Positions 1 through 10,538 of a stretch of DNA of 64,000 nucleotides are shown one piece after another. The DNA is taken from positions 32,001 to 96,000 of the IMG/VR virus record IMGVR_UViG_3300021387_001614; one strand, written 5' to 3'. The notes below the pieces were generated by a model. It did no database searches. It had not been told where the DNA came from and worked only from the letters and a program-made list of their open reading frames with translations. The stretch comes from a virus (lineage: Duplodnaviria; Caudoviricetes). A program made the position numbers and the translations under genes. How positions within the stretch are numbered: position 1 is the first letter of the stretch; the number at the start of each line of letters is the position of its first letter.

Positions 1-2202
1 GTTGGTATTAGTAAAGTCAAGACTTTTGGTTAACCCTATTTCCTCTGCTTCATTTTTACTTATTTTCCAACTATCTTTATCTCTCGTTCTAAAATGAAGA
101 TTAAACCGTATTTCTTTTATATCACAAAAAACATTATCACCACTTGCATTTTTAGTGAGATAAACGGGATAATAAACATCCTTTTCCATATCAACAATGT
201 CATTGACACGCGAATCAACCACATCAGACAACGCTTCGTTTATTATTAAGTCCTCACGATTAATGCCGAGTTGTTTATTGTTTACGAGTGGAAATTTTAT
301 TGACGTTGAATCATTAACAATACTAACCTCAACAATACCAAGTGGGTCTAATGCCGCATTAGATGATACCGGCATTTCAGCCATTGAAAGAAGCATGTCC
401 GCATTAACCGGCTCATACCCAAACGCACCATTGAAAATAAAGAATGAAAAAGATGAAAAATCTTCCATTATGTGCATACAAACGGTGTTTTTGGCACTAC
501 TTGTTATTGTTATGGGCTTGCCAAAATATTCATCGCCAATTATAGGCTCACATATTATCATATTAGAGCCTGCGATTTTAAACACATTTAATTCATACTT
601 TTCTTGTCCATAAACATTAGCGTATTCTATAATTCGTTCATAATCATCATTTGTAAAAGTGTAAGATTCTATTCTGTATCTCACGCCGTCTATTGTTACA
701 CCACTATATTCTGTAATTGGAAATGACGGATATACGGATGCGTCTGTTTGTGGTAAAATATCCATAAGTTCTTTATCTTCACTTATTTTTACAAGGATGT
801 CATGATTAAACACACCTGTTCTGCCACTCTCTGTCTCGATTATATCGAATGTTACCTCTTCATCATTAATATACGCAACCGCTTTATTGCCAATGTTATT
901 ATATGTTAAGTCATAATCAACGTCTAACACGTTAATTGTATCACACAAGTTCTTTTTGGCATAATGTTTTTTGCCGTTAAAGAAAATATACGGGTTTTCG
1001 TCACCGTTTTCATATTCAATATTAACTCGATGATAACTACTCTTGCCCATGGCGATTATTTTATTATTTTCAGCCAAAGGATACCCAAAATCGTTATTAA
1101 TAAAGAGGGAAATAAAACTGCCATTATTATCAGTAACGTATTTATATTTTATATTTACGGGGTTGTTAACAACATCCATACCACCATCAACGATTCCGTC
1201 ATATATTGACGGGTATTCTACTTGGTCACTATAAAAACAGTCAGCCCTATAAAAAACATCATCAATTTCAACGCCAAAACCTAAATTACGATATTCTATT
1301 TTCTCTCTTTCACCATCATCATAATATTTATAAGGTTTAACAACATTGTTAATTTCATAAACATTTCCACCATATTCTACATATGGTTGATAATATCCTA
1401 TTTCGCCCTTATTAACAAGTATTTCTTCATTACCGTCGATATGCACCACAACTTTTAGAACATTGTGCCATTTTGCGTATTCATAATCTGAAATTGTGAA
1501 CGTGTCATTGTTTTCAAGTACTGTTAACGGTTCACTATATTTATTTAATCTAACAGACGGAACTTGATACCCGCCAATTATTGTATCATCTTTGGCTAAA
1601 TCTGTGTCAACCACATATGTTACACCCTTTATGGTTACACTGCCATTCTCAATCCAATGTATTGTTGGTATTCTTATAAATGATGGCGATATTGTCTCGT
1701 AAAAAACATCATCAATTACAAAGCCGTCCACACCATCCCTTTTTACCATGTATATTTGGATGTTGTTATATAAAATATAATAAATCTCAGTCTTTATTGA
1801 AACAGCAATGTCTTTTTCGTCATAATAATACTTTTCACCATCAATAGTGAAAGAAAATTCATCATCGTTTTTATAAACAGCACTGCCATTATAGTTTATA
1901 AACGTTCTACCGCTTGCATCTGTCTCAATATTACGATTGACGTTTCCAATTAGGGTGTTTATTGTATAGTTTTCGTTAACAGTTAAATAACCCTGCCTTG
2001 TGACTTTTTCAACACTTGCTTTTAAGTGTATTGGGGTGTTGGTGTAAGGGAAATTAACAATGACGTTATCACCGTCTTTAATATCATAGCATTGTTTTGT
2101 AACACCCGAAATATAAGTTAAATCGGGTGAAATAAACATCTCTGAAAAATCAAGCACGGTAGTGCCAAAACCGATATTTGTTTTAATTTTATATTTTAAC
2201 AT
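1..2202 (-). CDS. Putative virion structural (baseplate/tail-associated) protein; partial, runs off the window start
   Basis: Not in the ORF track. ATG at 2202 (MLKYKIKTNIGFGTT...) overlaps the stop of 2196..4997. The frame is open at both ends that I translated (...RFNLHFRTRDKDSWK...). Co-oriented with the baseplate operon. Confidence 0.7.
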   Translation of the reverse strand, partial: MLKYKIKTNIGFGTTVLDFSEMFISPDLTYISGVTKQCYDIKDGDNVIVNFPYTNTPIHLKASVEKVTRQGYLTVNENYTINTLIGNVNRNIETDASGRTFINYNGSAVYKNDDEFSFTIDGEKYYYDEKDIAVSIKTEIYYILYNNIQIYMVKRDGVDGFVIDDVFYETISPSFIRIPTIHWIENGSVTIKGVTYVVDTDLAKDDTIIGGYQVPSVRLNKYSEPLTVLENNDTFTISDYEYAKWHNVLKVVVHIDGNEEILVNKGEIGYYQPYVEYGGNVYEINNVVKPYKYYDDGEREKIEYRNLGFGVEIDDVFYRADCFYSDQVEYPSIYDGIVDGGMDVVNNPVNIKYKYVTDNNGSFISLFINNDFGYPLAENNKIIAMGKSSYHRVNIEYENGDENPYIFFNGKKHYAKKNLCDTINVLDVDYDLTYNNIGNKAVAYINDEEVTFDIIETESGRTGVFNHDILVKISEDKELMDILPQTDASVYPSFPITEYSGVTIDGVRYRIESYTFTNDDYERIIEYANVYGQEKYELNVFKIAGSNMIICEPIIGDEYFGKPITITSSAKNTVCMHIMEDFSSFSFFIFNGAFGYEPVNADMLLSMAEMPVSSNAALDPLGIVEVSIVNDSTSIKFPLVNNKQLGINREDLIINEALSDVVDSRVNDIVDMEKDVYYPVYLTKNASGDNVFCDIKEIRFNLHFRTRDKDSWKISKNEAEEIGLTKSLDFTNTN

Positions 2203-4997
2203 TTTTTTATGTTCGATTCTAAGAAATAATTATCAACGTCAGTATTGACATTCTCTAACTCTTCAATGTATTCGCCATTCGGTTCATAATATGGTAATTC
2301 ACTGCTTGAGGGTTCTATATCATCATCATGAAATGGCTGTTGCCTTCTAAGATAAAAATTTATATTTTTGTAAATATAGAAGGCGCCGTTTGCAAATGGA
2401 TATGATTCAATGTTAGAAAAATCATCAAACCCGTTCGGTATCACGTTTCGCCACAAATAATTGCATGCACCGTCACTTGAAAGTTTGGCATATTGTGGTG
2501 TGACTTCATCACGAACACACGCTTTATAGTTATCAATATCAGAAAATGTCTTAGCGGTACTTATCGCTTTTCCATCATCTTCTGTTATGTTAATCAAAAA
2601 CTTTTTCTCACTTAAGCAGTTAATAACCAAACACTTGTATGATTTATTTTCGTTTATGGAATACATTGAAAATTCATCGTTAAGCACAAGATTAGGGTTA
2701 TCTGACAGTCCTATTTCAAACACATTATCACTAACCTTATAATTTATTGTCTCTTTGACAAGTAAAAGTATGTCATATGTTTTTGCTTTTTGTGTTGTGA
2801 GAACAGACGAAACGGTCTTAACTGTTATTTTATAATTCGGTTGATAATAATACCCTTCTTTTCTTGGCAAGGCTATCATCTTCTTATGTTCAACAGTAAA
2901 CCCACTAGACGAATAATCTCCGCTCTTTATATTGTCTATTGTTGTGGCGGAAAAATATTCATAACTTGTATCATCATTGTTAAGTTCTCTTTGTGCTGTG
3001 TTGAATCTGTTCATTACACTTTGTATCACTTGTTCCGAACATTCTGATGGAGAATAACAGCATAAATCCCCATAGAAGTTTATGGCATTATCAAAATCAA
3101 TGGCATATTGTGCCGTTTCTGTGTTCATATCATTTATAACTGCCATGTTCAGTCCATGATTTATTTCGTTATTATCTATGGAGTTGATTATCCTTATATC
3201 ATTCACTATGCCAACATTGTTCGCCTCATCTGAAAATCTAAGTCCACAGATATTTTCACCAAAACAGTGTGAAAACTCAATATTTTCGCTTTGTATGTTT
3301 ATTGGTGAGCCATTCTTGCCATACCACTCTTTATATCCTGCGTTCCGTTTAACTATTGTTAGATACATATCAGATAACGGTCTGCCTAAATTATCCTTTA
3401 GATATGATACATCGATGTCGTCAGTATAAACAATTTCAGATATTGGGTCACCATATATGTTTTTAGAGAATGCCAATTTGTTTATGTGGTTTTCGAAATC
3501 CACTTTAGAACATTCTTTTACATATTCTTTATCATTTTCAATTATTTCTGCGTTTGGTTTTTTATCCGAATATTTAAAGTTCGGTACACGTGAAAATATT
3601 CTAACATAATATTTGCAATCAATGCCATCTTCTGACACTCTTTTAAATGATATGTTTTGCCACTTGGGGTCTACATTAACCGTATCTGTTCCCTCTATGA
3701 CAAAAAATCTTTCGCCTGTTTCGGAAACAAGGATATTTTCATTATCATTGTCAACCGTTAATGTTTCTTCTTGCCCATTAATATTAACCCTTGTATAAGA
3801 CGTAACGCCACTTAAAAGGGTTATTTTTTGAGATGGAGAAGGTATTGACCCCCTTCTTATTTGGAAAATGTATTTATTGTAAACATTATAGACACTGACA
3901 GTTTCACATAAAACATTATTAATTGTTTTACCGCTGTTATTGGTATATGTTTGATAAATATTTACATAATCGCCCACATTTAGACCGTGTTGTGCTATGG
4001 AATAAATTGTAATGAGCGATACGCCGTTATCATCAACGGTTGCATCATCAATGTATACTACCTTTAATGAATTTAATTCCTCATTTAAAAACATGTCAAA
4101 CCCGCTAGTGGTTGATGAACTTGGGTAAGTTATGCAATAGTCCCAATTTTTTTCAATTCTGTTTCTATGGTTATTGTATTTCGGTGTAAACATAAAAAGC
4201 GACCTATCAGGATACATATCAATAAAATCACCTGCTTTCATCGAATTTATTGGCTTTGATATGTCAAGTGGTTTACTCTCACAATTTTGTGTTAACCCTT
4301 TAAAAACATCTTCGTGCGTTAAAAATCTAGAACTATTTTTAAAACCAAACCACCCATTTTCCTCAATAAGATTGTTTTTAATTGCATCATCGAAGTCGTA
4401 TATATCTAACGAACCGTAAAGATGCAACTTTTTTTCATCCGTGCCAAATTGAGTCATGCGCATCGCTTTCACTACCTTACCATCTATTCCCCTTAAGAAA
4501 TCCTCTATTGTATTAAAGTTGTCAACCGATAAGTCACCCTCTGTGGGAAAATTAACGGATTTAAAAGATGTGTTCCTCAATAAATGGTTATTAAAGATAT
4601 CTGCGCCGCAATTATATTTATAGCCACAAGTTTCATTAGAAAGTTGTGTGTCGCGTATGGCTTCGTTCTTATTCCATAATAATGTCGTTTTAACAACCGT
4701 GCCATCAATATAAATCCCATTCTGATAATTTAAAACCTCAACATCTTTGCTGCCCTCATTCTTTACAACCTCTGTTACCGGATTAAATAAAGCGTTTGTA
4801 CAAACAGGATTAAGTGTGCAAATAAGTCTAACCTTATTACATCCATATCTTTCACTATCATAATATTCATACGCATTAAAAGAAGGTGCAACAGGCATCT
4901 CGGGCAACATTTTTTTGTCACCCTTTAAATTCACCGATAACGTTTTAATTTTATCGGTGTTCTTTTTACTTAATGCGGAATCTAAAATAATTTTCAT
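2196..4997 (-). CDS. Putative baseplate/tail-associated structural protein (933 aa)
   Basis: Long ORF overlapping both neighbours in the baseplate operon; no catalytic motif recognised. Confidence 0.55.
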   Translation of the reverse strand: MKIILDSALSKKNTDKIKTLSVNLKGDKKMLPEMPVAPSFNAYEYYDSERYGCNKVRLICTLNPVCTNALFNPVTEVVKNEGSKDVEVLNYQNGIYIDGTVVKTTLLWNKNEAIRDTQLSNETCGYKYNCGADIFNNHLLRNTSFKSVNFPTEGDLSVDNFNTIEDFLRGIDGKVVKAMRMTQFGTDEKKLHLYGSLDIYDFDDAIKNNLIEENGWFGFKNSSRFLTHEDVFKGLTQNCESKPLDISKPINSMKAGDFIDMYPDRSLFMFTPKYNNHRNRIEKNWDYCITYPSSSTTSGFDMFLNEELNSLKVVYIDDATVDDNGVSLITIYSIAQHGLNVGDYVNIYQTYTNNSGKTINNVLCETVSVYNVYNKYIFQIRRGSIPSPSQKITLLSGVTSYTRVNINGQEETLTVDNDNENILVSETGERFFVIEGTDTVNVDPKWQNISFKRVSEDGIDCKYYVRIFSRVPNFKYSDKKPNAEIIENDKEYVKECSKVDFENHINKLAFSKNIYGDPISEIVYTDDIDVSYLKDNLGRPLSDMYLTIVKRNAGYKEWYGKNGSPINIQSENIEFSHCFGENICGLRFSDEANNVGIVNDIRIINSIDNNEINHGLNMAVINDMNTETAQYAIDFDNAINFYGDLCCYSPSECSEQVIQSVMNRFNTAQRELNNDDTSYEYFSATTIDNIKSGDYSSSGFTVEHKKMIALPRKEGYYYQPNYKITVKTVSSVLTTQKAKTYDILLLVKETINYKVSDNVFEIGLSDNPNLVLNDEFSMYSINENKSYKCLVINCLSEKKFLINITEDDGKAISTAKTFSDIDNYKACVRDEVTPQYAKLSSDGACNYLWRNVIPNGFDDFSNIESYPFANGAFYIYKNINFYLRRQQPFHDDDIEPSSSELPYYEPNGEYIEELENVNTDVDNYFLESNIKKC

Positions 4998-7996
4998 ACT
5001 GTATTATCGTTGTTTTTAGTACACCCTGCAAAAAACTTTTCTCTAAATGTATCAATTGCAGTCTTGCCATTGTTTAAACCAAAGTAGAAATAAAAAGAGT
5101 TTTCATATAAGGGAAAAACATACTTTTTGTTATCTCCGGTAATTATACAATAAAAATGACGTCCTCTTCCAAATTTTTCATAAAAAGCGTCTCTATTCGC
5201 ATTTTTTTCTCCTTCGCTTGACCCTCTTCTGAAATGTTTTATAAACGTCTTATTATATTCATCTAAATTGGTTTTTGTTCCCAAATCTTCTTTTGTGAGG
5301 CCGCCTAACCTAAAGAAACCATAGTCAAAATTTGGATAATCGTTTGCAATAATTCGGGGTTGGAATCCTTTACTATTATCACCATAATGTTCAATTGATG
5401 GTCCAAGTCTTCCGTCAAATGCCGATGGATATAGATAACTAAAATTATAAAATTTATAGCCAGTGTTTTTGTCTCTAATGGTAGCAACAAGTTTATTTGC
5501 ATTAAGTGTGGCAAACTTTGCCCTTGCATCATCATCAAAAATATCAGTATTTGTAATGAAACCATCAGGTTGCACAAACAAAAATTCACCCGGTGTGCTA
5601 ATAGTGTAACGTTCATCAGGACTAACACCAAGTTCGCACATTCTCTCTATGTTAACGTATGATTTTTGACGTGTGTGTAAATCCCACGCATCGCTACCGG
5701 TTCCGTATAATCCAAAAAATAATCCCGTGTCGTATTTATGCCCAAAATAAGTTTCTTCTTGCTGACTTTTCCACTTCATGCCCCAATTCATACCCGACGA
5801 ATCAATGTGGTTTGATGCAATCTGTGCACTACTGTCGTCTTTAGCCGCTAACATTGGCGGTATTGTGCAAGTTGTACGAGGCATATCACTTATTTGCGGT
5901 ATGCCGTTAATGTCGTTTTCCACTAAACTGCCAAGCAAAACAATATCCGTCGAAAATAATCTTTTATATCGTCTATAATATACTTTTTCGCCGTCTTCAT
6001 AGGTTTCATAAAACCCTTCTTCGTTTCCTGTTTCACCCGAATTAATATCTTTAAACCCACCACTACTGTCTTTAACGCCAAACGAGTAATAATAAACAAC
6101 GGTTTCATCGCTATTTGTCTTGGGGTAGATTAAGCCATCATTTATTTTAAGGTTAGACGTAAAACCACTAAGCACATTCTTTGTTGCAAAGTTTTCATCG
6201 CCATCAGCAAGGTCAATGCCAAACTTATCATCTTTGTATTCCAACGGCGTAGTATCCATTAAATATAAAGTGGTACCACTGCCATTATTCTTACATTGGC
6301 AATATTCACTGCTATAAGGACTTTGCCATTTTCTGTATTTTTTCTTTTGTTTTACTTTCCAAAACCACATTGGGAAATACAAACACCCGTTAATCCAATC
6401 ATTGAAAAATGATAAGCCAATTCTGTTTGACGCTGCCGCAAGTTCAGAATACGTTTCATCTACGTCATAGATATCTGAAGATGATGAAATAGACCCCTTT
6501 CTCCACAGGTCTTTTATTTTATCTATTACTCCTGTGTTGTTTCTTAAAATACCCTGTACAAAACTACTCCACAACTGTGCTTGAGGTCTAATTTTATTAT
6601 ATGGGAAGGGGTTTGTGGTTTCGGTATCTAACTTATTAACGTTTTTAATACCTATGCACTCACTCGTTCTATTGTTTGTTGTTCCTCTTTGGATTCTTGG
6701 TATATAACTTTTAACTGTATATACCTTATTCCAAAACAAATCCCTAAAACAATTGTCAGGTGTTTTCGAACCAAATTCGTAATAGTCATTAAAATCAATA
6801 CAATCACCTGACGTGGTTGCACTTATTGCAATAAACGGTACGGTTGTTCTCTCATAAAGGTCAGGATTGCACGGAACAAGGTATCTCGCCTTATGTTTGG
6901 TCATTGCGTCATCGTTCGTATCATCAAGCGTAAATCTAAATCTAACACTTGCCCTTGTTGCAATTCCTTTAGACGGGTCATTAGACGGAACAATGTTTCC
7001 ATACTCATCCATTGCCACATAATCAAGATTCATTGGTATCTGATAACACCAAACGCCATCACTATTAATTAATTCGTTTCCCTCTATTGTTTTTTCCTCA
7101 ATGCCACCATATATGTTCTTTTGAATCATCTCTATCCTTCCCGCACAAGTGTTAAGTTGTGAAGCGTCACCAAGCATCTCATCAACTTTGCAATTGTGGT
7201 TGATAGAATTGTTTACGTTGTCAGTTATTATGCTGCCCAAAAAGACACATGATGTTTCAAATTTGTATTGTAAATTAATATCCTTTCTTGTTATTGCAAT
7301 GTCGGAATAATCACTACTTCCCCAAAACGGTGAAACATTAACTGTCTCGTTTTGGCTAAATATTTGTGCAAGGTTATCCAAACTTTTGCCGCTTTTAAAC
7401 TGTGAAGCGTTCTGAAATTGATTTATATTGTACCCCTTTGAAATAAAATCCCTCGGTCTTTGAGAAAGCACACCAATATCAGAAAGGTCAACATCAACAT
7501 GCAGTTCTCTTTCACCCACAGGAACACCAAAAATCATGTAATCACCTGATTGATTGGTAGTTGTGGTGTATTTATAGTATGTGTCATAAACCTCTAACAT
7601 AGAATCATTGTCAAGTACCATTCTCTTGGTAGGAAACGTCCCTACTACTTGATAACATTCATCGTTACTCTTGCCCGGTAAAAGATTATACCTTATATTA
7701 TTTGGCGGCATATATGAAATTGACGAAAACCCATAAATTGATGTTAAATCGGTTCTTTGCTTATCTTCATTTGTTAGGGGGATAAAAACAGACACTTTAG
7801 CGTTAGGCACACCAAAGGCATCATTGGCAAGGATTCTACCAACAATAACACCATAATTCGACTTCTGCAACCTATACATGTCATTTTGATTTATTGACAT
7901 TGTTAATATCTCATATGAATCAATGTCGTTTTTCATATGCAGATTTATTGTTTGGTCAGAGCCGATATTTGCACTAATTCTATACGTTTTATCCAT
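4994..7996 (-). CDS. Putative baseplate structural protein (1000 aa) with an N-terminal carboxypeptidase-regulatory/prealbumin-like beta domain
   Basis: GVIVGRILAN..GVPNAKVSV and TTTNQSGDYMIFGVPVG pattern; directly downstream of the wedge gene. Confidence 0.55.
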   Translation of the reverse strand: MDKTYRISANIGSDQTINLHMKNDIDSYEILTMSINQNDMYRLQKSNYGVIVGRILANDAFGVPNAKVSVFIPLTNEDKQRTDLTSIYGFSSISYMPPNNIRYNLLPGKSNDECYQVVGTFPTKRMVLDNDSMLEVYDTYYKYTTTTNQSGDYMIFGVPVGERELHVDVDLSDIGVLSQRPRDFISKGYNINQFQNASQFKSGKSLDNLAQIFSQNETVNVSPFWGSSDYSDIAITRKDINLQYKFETSCVFLGSIITDNVNNSINHNCKVDEMLGDASQLNTCAGRIEMIQKNIYGGIEEKTIEGNELINSDGVWCYQIPMNLDYVAMDEYGNIVPSNDPSKGIATRASVRFRFTLDDTNDDAMTKHKARYLVPCNPDLYERTTVPFIAISATTSGDCIDFNDYYEFGSKTPDNCFRDLFWNKVYTVKSYIPRIQRGTTNNRTSECIGIKNVNKLDTETTNPFPYNKIRPQAQLWSSFVQGILRNNTGVIDKIKDLWRKGSISSSSDIYDVDETYSELAAASNRIGLSFFNDWINGCLYFPMWFWKVKQKKKYRKWQSPYSSEYCQCKNNGSGTTLYLMDTTPLEYKDDKFGIDLADGDENFATKNVLSGFTSNLKINDGLIYPKTNSDETVVYYYSFGVKDSSGGFKDINSGETGNEEGFYETYEDGEKVYYRRYKRLFSTDIVLLGSLVENDINGIPQISDMPRTTCTIPPMLAAKDDSSAQIASNHIDSSGMNWGMKWKSQQEETYFGHKYDTGLFFGLYGTGSDAWDLHTRQKSYVNIERMCELGVSPDERYTISTPGEFLFVQPDGFITNTDIFDDDARAKFATLNANKLVATIRDKNTGYKFYNFSYLYPSAFDGRLGPSIEHYGDNSKGFQPRIIANDYPNFDYGFFRLGGLTKEDLGTKTNLDEYNKTFIKHFRRGSSEGEKNANRDAFYEKFGRGRHFYCIITGDNKKYVFPLYENSFYFYFGLNNGKTAIDTFREKFFAGCTKNNDNTV

Positions 7997-7998
7997 TT

Positions 7999-10020
7999 TT
8001 ACATCAATTTAACCTTGAGTTCGATATCAGAATCATTTAATACCTCAAACATTGAGTCATAGTCACTGTAGAGTACTTTATCTATTGCTTCTAAATCTAT
8101 TGGGAAAGCCTTGCAACCCTCAGGTGTTCTATACTCCAAAGATACATTATTGTTACAATTGTCAGTAACAACTAATTCGGGGAATGGACACTTATCTGAA
8201 CTATATTGCCCATCATATATATTATACACCCTTAATGATATTAAACTTATAACACCATCAACTAACGTTATTTCTTTTTCTAAGTCACCAACAAATATAT
8301 CATCACCCATGTTATGATTATTAATGTCCATATAATCTTTAATTTTTTCAATAACATTGGTTAATACTGTTGATACGTTATAGTTTTTATCGACAAAGAG
8401 GTCAATAAGGAAGCCGATGTTGTATATCTTGCCGCTTTTTATTTCAATATAATCATTAATTGTTTTATAATGTGACATCCATTCAATCACGTTTTCAACA
8501 AGCCTATCGGGTAGATACTTTGTCAATCTTCCGTTAGATTTAACACCTAAGAAACTCATGACTATTTTATTGTTTTCCTCTATAACACCCGACCTAAACG
8601 GTGCGCCATACTTAGGCGGCATTTGCATTAATTTAACTTGATAATCCTTAACGGTAACACATCTGTCTTGTGAAGATGTGTTATATTTTGTTAAATATTT
8701 TATTTCTTCTGTTGATGGTGCGTTTTTACCTGCAACCGATGCACTTGAGTTACGAACAGTGAATGAGTTTACCACAACACCTTTCTTTCTCGAATCCAAC
8801 CCAACATCATTTTTAAATTCCACGTTAATAAGCGAAAAACCGTTTATGGAATTTGGTGCAAGATTTGTCTCTATGCCGCCACCCACACGATAAAGGATGT
8901 ACATTGTCCACCCCTCACGAGGCAAAACACCAAGCATGTCGTTGTTTATTATTTTAGATGCTCTATATTCTGCATATTTGGTGGAACCGCTTGGTACTTC
9001 GTCGTATGAAACCCCCGCACCAAAAATCAACTTCATATACCCATTATCGGTATATTCAGTAATGAACTTTTGAGTCACGGGCTTCCATTGTCCGCGATAT
9101 ATTCTTGTAGTTCTCTGTGACTCGTAATTTACGTTTCTTTCGTCCGGTGTAATGGCGGGCGTTTCTGTATAATCATCGTATATTTCAGGATTATACTTAT
9201 CCATTATTACGGTATTATCAATATTTGTTGCAGTACCAAACCTATATTGGTCGGCTAAGCTCTCAACCTCGAAAAATCTGAACGTTGAAACGTCCTCAGT
9301 AGACAATTTATATTCTTCCTCGTCAAAATAATATTCTTGCATTGCCGGAGTTTCGTTGTATGACCCTGTTTCCTTACAAATGACCGATTCTACATTCATT
9401 ACATTAGTATCAGGTAAGACAATCTCCATAAACGGCGATAAATCTCTATCCATTATCACCTTTTTATATATTCGTGTCGTGCCATTAACAACAATTACGC
9501 TTTTTGTAACTGTATAACTCGTTATAGAGCCGTTACTGTTTCTATTTGGTGCGTATGTTCTGTTTGAAAAACCATCAGAATTAAATTGCTGCCCAAAATC
9601 CACATCTTCATCTAACTGAAAACTGTAATTACCCGCAGTTACCACAGATGAACGTTTAAGGATTGGTGCATAACGCCAATCGGGTTGTGATATGTTTTCG
9701 GGGTCAATGTCTATTGTGCAACTTATTCTAACCTCACACATACTTGCCTTTGCGCCGGGAACTTTCAGTCCATTTGTCCTCGCAAGGTTTAGAACTGAAC
9801 TTTTTAACTTCGCACTATTGACGTTTGTTTCTTGGTACATCCTATCAATATGATAACTAAGGTTATCAGCAACAGATGAAACCAAATCAACAAACCACGA
9901 CCCAACACTTGTGTCGCTGAAATCATCTGTCATTTCAGGATAGTACTTGTTACTAAAATTAATAAGTTCCGAACGATAATCTTCGAATGTCCTCGCAAGA
10001 TAGTTTATCTTTTTTTGCAT
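7999..10020 (-). CDS. Baseplate wedge subunit (T4 gp6 / baseplate J-like)
   Basis: N-terminal NYLARTFEDYRSELI, DNLSYHID, YRVGGG and QDRCVTVKDY motifs; follows the gp25-like gene. Confidence 0.85.
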   Translation of the reverse strand: MQKKINYLARTFEDYRSELINFSNKYYPEMTDDFSDTSVGSWFVDLVSSVADNLSYHIDRMYQETNVNSAKLKSSVLNLARTNGLKVPGAKASMCEVRISCTIDIDPENISQPDWRYAPILKRSSVVTAGNYSFQLDEDVDFGQQFNSDGFSNRTYAPNRNSNGSITSYTVTKSVIVVNGTTRIYKKVIMDRDLSPFMEIVLPDTNVMNVESVICKETGSYNETPAMQEYYFDEEEYKLSTEDVSTFRFFEVESLADQYRFGTATNIDNTVIMDKYNPEIYDDYTETPAITPDERNVNYESQRTTRIYRGQWKPVTQKFITEYTDNGYMKLIFGAGVSYDEVPSGSTKYAEYRASKIINNDMLGVLPREGWTMYILYRVGGGIETNLAPNSINGFSLINVEFKNDVGLDSRKKGVVVNSFTVRNSSASVAGKNAPSTEEIKYLTKYNTSSQDRCVTVKDYQVKLMQMPPKYGAPFRSGVIEENNKIVMSFLGVKSNGRLTKYLPDRLVENVIEWMSHYKTINDYIEIKSGKIYNIGFLIDLFVDKNYNVSTVLTNVIEKIKDYMDINNHNMGDDIFVGDLEKEITLVDGVISLISLRVYNIYDGQYSSDKCPFPELVVTDNCNNNVSLEYRTPEGCKAFPIDLEAIDKVLYSDYDSMFEVLNDSDIELKVKLM

Positions 10021-10072
10021 TGTCTTCTTTTTTTAAAAAATAAAAATAATTTTTGATTTGACGAGTTTTTTG

Positions 10073-10462
10073 TTAAATTTCTGTTACAATACTGTCATTA
10101 GTTATAACGTTACCCTCCTTAACGGAATAATCTATCCTCACAAAAATTGCATTTGGATTTTCTTCACTTCTTGCCACTTGTATGTCATTTAATGACACGT
10201 TGTTAACATATCTCGAAACTGCTTCCGAAATCTCTGTTTTAACACTTTTCCAAGTGTTGCTTTCATTGGGTTCGAAAATATATTTAATCAAATCCGTGCC
10301 AAATTCGGGCATTCTAACTCTTTGCCCCTTTGGTGTAAATATAACGTGCATTATCTGACTCCTAACCTTGTTTTTCTTACTTGAATTAAGGTCTACAAAG
10401 TAATTTTCTATGTCAGTGGACGTAAATGGGTATTTTATACCAAAATATTGTTTTTTAATCAT
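10073..10462 (-). CDS. Baseplate wedge / sheath initiator (T4 gp25 / GPW-like)
   Basis: IFTPKGQRVRMPEFGTDLIKYIFEP signature; 129 aa. Confidence 0.9.
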   Translation of the reverse strand: MIKKQYFGIKYPFTSTDIENYFVDLNSSKKNKVRSQIMHVIFTPKGQRVRMPEFGTDLIKYIFEPNESNTWKSVKTEISEAVSRYVNNVSLNDIQVARSEENPNAIFVRIDYSVKEGNVITNDSIVTEI

Positions 10463-10485
10463 AAAAATAATATAATATTTTCCCC

Positions 10486-10521
10486 TATAAATATCACAGA
10501 ATAGGAAATACGCTATTTATT
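10486..10521. promoter_or_regulatory. Back-to-back copies of the putative phage late-promoter motif (coding-strand TATTTAT[A/T]) serving the divergent gp25-like and glycosyltransferase genes
   Basis: tataaatatc at 10486 (minus gene) and ctatttatta at 10513 (plus gene). The same motif is at 12378, 18926, 20985, 36266, 38324, 41674, 42880, 45025, 49207, 53097 and 56964, each just upstream of a gene and in the gene's orientation. Confidence 0.65.
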
Positions 10522-10538
10522 ATCAAAAAAGCATTCAC